A stretch of DNA of 11,063 bases from Anaerolineae bacterium (GTDB lineage Bacteria; Chloroflexota; Anaerolineae; Epilineales; JAANWY01). The notes below the pieces were generated by a model. That model saw only the letters and a program-made list of their open reading frames with translations. It had not been told where the DNA came from and made no database searches. Location of the stretch: NCBI GenBank assembly GCA_046758565.1, contig JBHIAO010000171.1:1-11063 (forward strand). Reading direction: 5' to 3'. Shown one piece after another: positions 5,871-11,063 of this stretch. Every line of letters begins with the position of its first letter. Within the stretch, counting starts at the first letter, position 1. The position numbers and the translations under genes were made by a program.

Positions 5871-6604
5871 CACTGGCCTCCGAGATAAGCCTCCTGCACT
5901 TCCTTGTTGGTTTTCACCTCTTCCAGCGTTCCCTGGATGAGGGTTCGTCCCTGGTGCATAACCATAATGCTCTCGGCAACAGAGAATACCACATCCATGT
6001 CATGTTCGCAAAACAAGATGGTTATGCCCCGTGTATGGGCGAGTTGCCTAACGAGTTCCATCGTTGCGAACGTTTCCTCCGGAGACATACCGGCGGTAGG
6101 TTCATCCAGAATCAGCAACTCCGGTTCGTTGCCTAAAGCCATAGCTATCTCCAGGACTCTCTGGTCGCCATGGGACAGGGAGCCGGCGATGTTCCTGGCT
6201 TTATCTGAAAGACCCAAGCTTCCCAATATACTGTGTGTCTCTTCAACGGCCAGGGTCCGGGCTGGGCGGAAAAGGTGAGAGCTTCTGCGTTGCTGGGAGA
6301 GTACGGCTACCTGAACGTTCTCGAAAACGGTGAGCCGGGGGAAGATGTTGGCTATTTGAAACGACCTGGCAATTCCTCTCTCGCAAATCTGGTACGGGGG
6401 CAGTCCACTGATATCCTCCCCCTTAAAGATTATCTTTCCCCGATTCGGCTTCAGTTGACCGGTAATGAGATTAAACAAGGTGGTTTTGCCGGCGCCGTTG
6501 GGTCCGATCACCACCACCAGCTCACCATCCGCCACGGTAAGGTTCGCTCCGTTCACCGCCACAAAGTCGCCGAACGACTTGTATACGGCGTCCACCTGCA
6601 ACAT
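5870..6604 (-). CDS. livG: HAAT-family (LIV-type) ABC transporter ATP-binding protein, LivG-like, 244 aa
   Basis: It has a Walker A (GPNGAGKTTLFN), a signature (LSHGDQRVLEIAMAL) and a Walker B (LLILDEP). Its ATG at 6604..6602 abuts the livM stop (6607..6605). Confidence 0.85.
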   Translation of the reverse strand: MLQVDAVYKSFGDFVAVNGANLTVADGELVVVIGPNGAGKTTLFNLITGQLKPNRGKIIFKGEDISGLPPYQICERGIARSFQIANIFPRLTVFENVQVAVLSQQRRSSHLFRPARTLAVEETHSILGSLGLSDKARNIAGSLSHGDQRVLEIAMALGNEPELLILDEPTAGMSPEETFATMELVRQLAHTRGITILFCEHDMDVVFSVAESIMVMHQGRTLIQGTLEEVKTNKEVQEAYLGGQ

Positions 6605-7570
6605 CTACTTGCTGCCCCTTTCCGCTACCGCTTTTTCAGGCTGGGGCTCAAATCGCTCCAGCAAGTAACCCAGAACCCCCTGTGGCAAGAAGAAGATGAG
6701 CAGGATCAGGACTACCCCCAAAACCAAAGTCCAGTACTCCGTATAACTGCCGACGAAAGTTCGCAGTGCCACGATCATTGCCGCCCCTACCGCCGGTCCA
6801 AGAAAAGTGAACCAACCTCCTAGAAGGCACATGATGAATATCTCGAGCGACAGAACCCAGAATAGCAGGTCAGGGAAAACGGAATGTTCTAGCACCACGA
6901 AAAGAACGCCGGCCACCCCAGCGAAGAAGCTGGCAATCACTATTGCCAGCAGTTGATGGCGCCTCACATTAACACCGATCGCCTCACATCGCTGCGGATT
7001 GTCCCTGATGGCCTGAAGTGTAGCCCCGAACGGGGATTTCACAATGATGAACAGAGCTACCAGACAAATTACAAAGATGAGCAGAATGAAGTAATACGAA
7101 TTGTTGACGGGGGATAGGATTGACGGGATAGGAATGCCGTGTAGGCCATCATCTCCGCCAGTAAAGGAGTACCATCGAAAAACGACGGCCCAGATCAGTG
7201 AACCTAAGGAAATCTGGAGCATACCAAAATACAGCTCGGTCAACCGAACGCAAAACCATCCGATGAGCAGCCCTACCACTGCTGCTGCGATTGGTCCAGC
7301 GATGAAGCCCACCCACGCAGGCAGGGAAGTTTTCGTCAACGTCAGAGCGACGGCATATGCCCCTACGCCATAGAAAACGGCGTGATGAAACTGAAACAGA
7401 CCGCCGTAGCCGAGGGCCAGGTTGAGGCTCATAGCCACCAAGGCGGTGACGAAAATCAAAGCCAGTAGATAGACGTAGAATAGGGGTACCAAGGCCGGCA
7501 AGACCAGCAAGACAGTCAGAATAGCTACTGCTGACCCGAGCCACCTCCGATTAACGATTCCTGTGAGCAA
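6605..7570 (-). CDS. livM: HAAT-family ABC transporter permease, LivM-like, 321 aa (TTG start)
   Basis: It is a polytopic membrane protein with 8 or more hydrophobic helices and a LivM-type architecture. It is followed immediately by livG. The predicted start is TTG at 7570, with an AGGAGG only 4 nt upstream (short spacing). This suggests translational coupling to livH, whose stop is at 7585..7583. Confidence 0.8.
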   Translation of the reverse strand: MLTGIVNRRWLGSAVAILTVLLVLPALVPLFYVYLLALIFVTALVAMSLNLALGYGGLFQFHHAVFYGVGAYAVALTLTKTSLPAWVGFIAGPIAAAVVGLLIGWFCVRLTELYFGMLQISLGSLIWAVVFRWYSFTGGDDGLHGIPIPSILSPVNNSYYFILLIFVICLVALFIIVKSPFGATLQAIRDNPQRCEAIGVNVRRHQLLAIVIASFFAGVAGVLFVVLEHSVFPDLLFWVLSLEIFIMCLLGGWFTFLGPAVGAAMIVALRTFVGSYTEYWTLVLGVVLILLIFFLPQGVLGYLLERFEPQPEKAVAERGSK

Positions 7571-7582
7571 ATCCCCTCCTCG

Positions 7583-8479
7583 TTACCAGTCCGATCCAAA
7601 CAGCCCTCTAGGTCGCAAGAGCAGCACGATCACCACCGCAGCATAGGGGAAAACGATGGCGAATTGCGGCCAGAGGAGAATACCAACGGACTGGGTCACG
7701 CCAAAAATGAGAGAACCAACCAGAGCGCCCCAGATGTTGCCCAACCCCCCAATGGTAACGATAAGAAAGGCTTCGATAATGATAGTGTGATCCATGCCCA
7801 AAGTGACGCTCACGGTAGGGGCGATCAGAGCCCCACCCAGGCCGGCAAGGTAGCAGCCAAGTACAAACGCGCCGGCAAATACCAGGCTTACATTTATTCC
7901 CAGCACACCCACCATCTCTCTGTCAACTGCCGCTGCCTGAGAAATCTTGCCCAACTTGGTTTTGGTCACAAAGAGCCATAGACCTACAGCCACCAGAGGA
8001 CCAACAAGGAGAAGAAACAGATTGTACCGGGGCAAGGGCGCACCAAGTACGGAAACCGAGCCACTGAGGATGCTGGGCGCCACGACCGACCTGTACGTTG
8101 GACCCCAAACCAACTTCACCAGATCACCGAGGATAAGCATTAAGGCGAAGGTAAATAGGATGAGCATCAAGTGCTCTCTCTGGTAGAGATGACGGAACAA
8201 CGCTCTCTCCACAATCAAGCCGATGAGAGCGACGGCCAAGGGAGCGAGTATTAGGGCCAGCCAGAAACCGACGGGGCTACTACCGAACTGGGTGGAAATG
8301 GAATAGGCTGCGAACGCTCCAATCATGTAGAGCGAGCCGTGGGCGATGTTCGGGACTCTAAGTACTCCAAGAATGAAACTTAGCCCAGCGGACACAATAA
8401 ACAAGACCATCGTCCGGCTAAGTCCAACCAACAACTGGCCACCCAGAGTAGCGAAGCTGATGCTTTGCCCGAGTTCCAC
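7583..8479 (-). CDS. livH: HAAT-family ABC transporter permease, LivH-like, 298 aa
   Basis: It is a polytopic membrane protein carrying the conserved LivH permease region (...GINVSLVFAGAFVLGCYLAGLGGALIAP...). It is the first of two permease genes downstream of the binding-protein gene. Confidence 0.8.
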   Translation of the reverse strand: MELGQSISFATLGGQLLVGLSRTMVLFIVSAGLSFILGVLRVPNIAHGSLYMIGAFAAYSISTQFGSSPVGFWLALILAPLAVALIGLIVERALFRHLYQREHLMLILFTFALMLILGDLVKLVWGPTYRSVVAPSILSGSVSVLGAPLPRYNLFLLLVGPLVAVGLWLFVTKTKLGKISQAAAVDREMVGVLGINVSLVFAGAFVLGCYLAGLGGALIAPTVSVTLGMDHTIIIEAFLIVTIGGLGNIWGALVGSLIFGVTQSVGILLWPQFAIVFPYAAVVIVLLLRPRGLFGSDW

Positions 8480-8507
8480 AGTGCAGCTTTCCTTTGCAAA
8501 ACGAACT

Positions 8508-8542
8508 AGTAGCTGGGGGCTGACAGCCCCCAGCTACTTTTT
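8508..8542. terminator. Perfect 13-bp GC-rich stem-loop (AGTAGCTGGGGGC-tgaca-GCCCCCAGCTACT) flanked by A5 and T4, in the livK-livH intercistronic gap; candidate partial (attenuating) intra-operon terminator / mRNA stabiliser
   Basis: On the minus-strand mRNA the stem is followed by AGUUCGUUUUG, an interrupted U tract. On the plus strand it is followed by TTTT. It lies between the livK stop (8601..8599) and the livH start (8479). Confidence 0.5.
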
Positions 8543-8598
8543 AGGCGTGATTCATCTACGGTTCGAATGCCCCTTGACCATTGAGTGGTAGTCGGAGA

Positions 8599-9909
8599 TT
8601 ACGAACCTCCACGCGCTTGCTCAATATCTTCGCACGTGGGCATGACATCCGGGCCACTCAAGGTCTCGATTTCGGAGGAAACGAGAAACTCGTATTCTGG
8701 CACCTTCTTGGTCACACCCATGTAGATCGGCAGCACCGCCTGATGGTCACAGGCTCGCATCTCTATCTCGCCGGCTGGGCCATCTACCTTCAACCCCTCC
8801 AGAGCATCAATGAACTTCTCCTTGTCCAAGGAGCCCGCCTTCCTATACGCCTCGGCTATGAACTGCGCTGTCATATAGCCATGAAAAGCAGGAAAGCCTG
8901 GTGGATGCCCATAGGCCTCCTCAAACGCTTCAACGAACGCCTTATTGGCGGGGGTGTCCGGATAGTAGAAGTGATAGTCCATGCTGCCCATCACACCCTC
9001 AGGTGCCTCCCCACCCAGTGGTTTGAGAACAGCGTGATCTGTCGCCGTGTGAACCCAGACCTGAACCTGCTCAGACATGCCGGTTGCCTTGACTGCCTTC
9101 ATGACATTGGCCATGCTGGAGCCACCAGTCGCGAAAATGACGGCGTCTGGTTTAGCCGCCACAATCGCAGTGATATACGGTATCAGGTCAGGTTCGCCTG
9201 TCTTCCACCACGACTCCCCTACGATTTCCACGTCGGGCTTAAGTGCCTTCAGATTGCGCTGAACCGCGTTCGCTATGGCGTGTCCATACTCGTAGTCATC
9301 CCCGGCAACCCAGTACTTAGCGAAGGGTTTCTTCGCTAGCGCAGTCGCCCCGGCTTTGCCAGCCATGGCAGTGTTCTCACCGGTGGCGAAAACGTAACGA
9401 TGTCCTTTCTCGCCGGTAATGCGCTCACTCTTCGCAATCCACACGATGAGTGGGACTTTCTGTTCTTTGGCATAATCGGACACGGCCAGGGCGACACCGC
9501 TGCTAATTATGCCAACGAGGACGTCCACCTGCTCCTTCAGTACCAGCTCTTTGGCCATGCTGAGACCGAGATCCACCTTGTACTTACTGTCCCGGGTGGT
9601 ATACTCAATCGTCGTCCCCAGGACGCCCTCTTTGTTGATCTCCTCCAAGGCCAGCTTGAAGCCGTTGAGAGCATCTTCGCCGAAAACCGCCGGCGGTCCG
9701 CTGTAGGTATCGATGATCCCCACCTTGATAGGGCGATCAACTTTGGGTGCGCCTTGTGGTGCTGCAGGAACACAAGCAACACCCAAGGCCGCGATCAAAC
9801 CAAGCGCCACGCATACCAGCGCAGCTTTCTGCAGGAATTGAGACCTGCCTAGCTTCTGCACGATGAGTTGTCCTACTGGACGACTAAACCGGTTCTGCTG
9901 ACTCGTCAT
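8599..9909 (-). CDS. livK: HAAT-family periplasmic substrate-binding protein (LivK/LivJ-like, type-I PBP), probable lipoprotein, ~436 aa
   Basis: The start was chosen at the ATG at 9909..9907 (MTSQQNRF...). AAGGAGG lies 9 nt upstream. The track ORF extends 26 codons further, to 9987, with no RBS there. It has a signal peptide with Cys (AALVCVALGLIAALGVAC) and then a LivK-type fold (KVGIIDTYSGP..., GESWWKTGEPD...). Confidence 0.85.
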   Translation of the reverse strand: MTSQQNRFSRPVGQLIVQKLGRSQFLQKAALVCVALGLIAALGVACVPAAPQGAPKVDRPIKVGIIDTYSGPPAVFGEDALNGFKLALEEINKEGVLGTTIEYTTRDSKYKVDLGLSMAKELVLKEQVDVLVGIISSGVALAVSDYAKEQKVPLIVWIAKSERITGEKGHRYVFATGENTAMAGKAGATALAKKPFAKYWVAGDDYEYGHAIANAVQRNLKALKPDVEIVGESWWKTGEPDLIPYITAIVAAKPDAVIFATGGSSMANVMKAVKATGMSEQVQVWVHTATDHAVLKPLGGEAPEGVMGSMDYHFYYPDTPANKAFVEAFEEAYGHPPGFPAFHGYMTAQFIAEAYRKAGSLDKEKFIDALEGLKVDGPAGEIEMRACDHQAVLPIYMGVTKKVPEYEFLVSSEIETLSGPDVMPTCEDIEQARGGS

Positions 9910-10039
9910 TTCTCGGCGCCTCCTTTGCGTTGTTGGACACGATAAGCTCGGCTTCGGTGCATGCCTCTTATCGCGCCTGTCTATCATATGCCACCATCAC
10001 ACGACCTCTGCCGACTTGTCGGTTTGAGGCGAAGGTTCA

Positions 10040-10201
10040 CTAGGCGTATTTGTAGGCGATAAACAGAAGAGTTCCCAAAATGGCACACTGTCTGACGAGA
10101 GTGGGAACAAAAAGGGTCGAGCCAATGATGACCATCGTGGCGGCATCATAATACCACATCACAGATACTACGTCAAGAGGTTGTGAGGGCGTGGCGGACA
10201 T
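10040..10201 (-). CDS. Hypothetical 53-aa hydrophobic small protein (MSATPSQPLDVVSVMWYYDAATMVIIGSTLFVPTLVRQCAILGTLLFIAYKYA); overlaps the last 34 nt of the rSAM gene
   Basis: GGAGG (rc of 10211-10215) lies 9 nt upstream of the ATG at 10201..10199, and the stop TAG is at 10042..10040. There are two hydrophobic stretches. The region has lower GC (~48%) than its flanks. This reading conflicts with a strong promoter (10148-10176) that would start transcription inside this ORF. Only the C-terminal 31 codons, from the ATG at 10135, would then be on that transcript. Confidence 0.3.
   Translation of the reverse strand: MSATPSQPLDVVSVMWYYDAATMVIIGSTLFVPTLVRQCAILGTLLFIAYKYA
10148..10176 (-). promoter_or_regulatory. 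Near-consensus sigma70 promoter on the minus strand: TTGACG (rc 10176..10171), 17-nt spacer, TGgTATTAT extended -10 (rc 10153..10148); TSS ~10141, candidate promoter of the livK operon
   Basis: The minus-strand read is cctcTTGACGtagtatctgtgatgtggTATTATgatgccgccacgATG. The spacer is exactly 17 nt. A TG sits 1 nt upstream of the -10 hexamer. The rSAM stop codon TAG lies inside the spacer. Confidence 0.4.
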
Positions 10202-11063
10202 TTCGAAAGCCCTCCGTACACATCACGCTTCGGGCAGTGGGGGTCGCTCTCGGCGAAACTGCCACCGAAGGCCATGACCACTGCCGGGCAGCCTTTGCAC
10301 AGCTCCAGGTAGGAGCACGCTCTGCACCGACCTCGCATCTCACCCTCTAGTTGCCGGAATCGCTGGAACACCTTCGAGCCCCGCCAGGCCCGCGTGAAGT
10401 CCCCCTGGCCCACATCCGACCAGCGTACGTGACTACACGGCAGCACCCGGCCGTCCTGGAGAACGGTCACAAACTTCCTCGCAGCGCAGCAACCCCACAC
10501 CCCGGCCGCGTACAGTCGCTCCGGGGGCCGGTCGGTGAGGAGGAAGGTGAGGGAGGCATCCAGTGTGGTCTTGCACTCTGGCGACAGACCTGGGAGGTCT
10601 CCTCGTTCTCCAACATGATCAGATGCGTTGGCTGAAGCTGTTGTTGAGCTTGCGGAATGCCATGTGGAGACCTCCGAGGTCTTGACTCGGTCTTTGGCTG
10701 TGGATTGTAGCTTGCGTAACACTCTCCGCACAACCCGATAACCCTCGGCATCCAACGATTCCCGCTCCAGCCAGTCCCCGTCCGTGGTCGGAGGCTTGGG
10801 GCGCAGGAGGTTGACGGTCGCGGCCCCCAGCCGCCGGCCCAGACGGATGACCTGCTCCAACTCCGCCACGCTGCTCCGGGTGATGAGGAAGTTGATGCCA
10901 AAGCGCAGGCCGGCCTGCCGGCAGGTGTGAATGGCTGCCATGGCGCCCCCGAAGTTGGGCCGGGTGGTCGCATTTGTTTCCTCCGTCGCCCCGTTGAGGG
11001 AGATTTGCACCTGACCCACGCCGGCCTCTTTCAGCGCCACCGCCAGGTCCGGCGTTAGCCGGT
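10168..11063 (-). CDS. Radical SAM / SPASM-domain protein (peptide-modifying maturase class), 5' partial; the N-terminal CxxxCxxC region lies beyond the window
   Basis: The frame stays open to the window edge. The first residues read ..LTPDLAVALKEAGVGQVQISLNGATEETNATTRPNFGGAMAAIHTCRQAGLRFGINFLITRSSVAELEQVIRLGRRLGAATVNLL, the end of the rSAM TIM barrel. The C-terminal SPASM signature is GVWGCCAARKFVTVLQDGRVLPC ... FTRAWRGSKVFQRFRQLEGEMRGRCRACSYLELCKGCPA ... DPHCP. This gives auxiliary-cluster cysteines in a CxxCx5CxxC arrangement. The stop TAG is at 10170..10168. Confidence 0.8.
   Translation of the reverse strand, partial: RLTPDLAVALKEAGVGQVQISLNGATEETNATTRPNFGGAMAAIHTCRQAGLRFGINFLITRSSVAELEQVIRLGRRLGAATVNLLRPKPPTTDGDWLERESLDAEGYRVVRRVLRKLQSTAKDRVKTSEVSTWHSASSTTASANASDHVGERGDLPGLSPECKTTLDASLTFLLTDRPPERLYAAGVWGCCAARKFVTVLQDGRVLPCSHVRWSDVGQGDFTRAWRGSKVFQRFRQLEGEMRGRCRACSYLELCKGCPAVVMAFGGSFAESDPHCPKRDVYGGLSKCPPRPHNLLT

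Noticed and set aside
9910-9987. 26-codon N-terminal extension of livK (MIDRRDKRHAPKPSLSCPTTQRRRRE...)
   Set aside because: It has no RBS and an Arg-rich non-signal-like sequence. A strong AAGGAGG-9nt-ATG supports the start at 9909.
10040-10135. BCAA leader-peptide transcription attenuator upstream of livK
   Set aside because: The mini-ORF is Ile/Leu/Val-rich, but it has no tandem run of regulatory codons and no terminator/antiterminator hairpin pair. There is also no U-tract between it and the livK RBS (9910-10040). Hydrophobic small proteins are BCAA-rich anyway.
9910-10170. T-box or other riboswitch in the livK leader
   Set aside because: I looked for the conserved T-box motif (AAUUAGGGUGGUACCGCG-like) and for an obvious terminator/antiterminator and found neither. 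This cannot exclude an unknown RNA element, because I could not run a covariance-model search.
10351-10973. Track ORFs 10351..10635 (+) and 10467..10973 (-) inside the maturase gene
   Set aside because: They are alternate frames of the rSAM/SPASM CDS. Their translations are Pro/Ser/Arg-rich with no domain-like features.

Overview
This is a high-GC (~60%) bacterial chromosomal segment in which almost all coding is on the minus strand. Reading the minus strand from right to left, the window holds:
- the 3' two-thirds of a radical-SAM/SPASM peptide-maturase-type gene, which runs off the right edge;
- a low-GC patch at the maturase 3' end, containing a 53-codon hydrophobic sORF and a near-consensus sigma70 promoter;
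- a LIV-type (HAAT-family) ABC transporter operon, livK-livH-livM-livG-livF, with an internal stem-loop between the binding-protein gene and the permease genes;
- an orphan imidazolonepropionase gene (hutI) that appears co-transcribed 18 nt after livF;
- an NfeD(YuaF-like)-flotillin(FloT-like) two-gene operon, whose flotillin gene is bracketed by two long palindromes built from tandem 7-bp repeats;
- on the plus strand, a 47-codon highly basic single-TM sORF with a near-perfect extended -10 promoter and GGAGG RBS;
- the 5' 284 codons of a polar-amino-acid ABC substrate-binding lipoprotein gene that runs off the left edge. The supplied ORF track does not list this gene.
No rRNA, tRNA, CRISPR or mobile-element signatures were seen. 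The most unusual structures are the heptamer-repeat palindromes around floT and the rSAM/SPASM + sORF + promoter junction.
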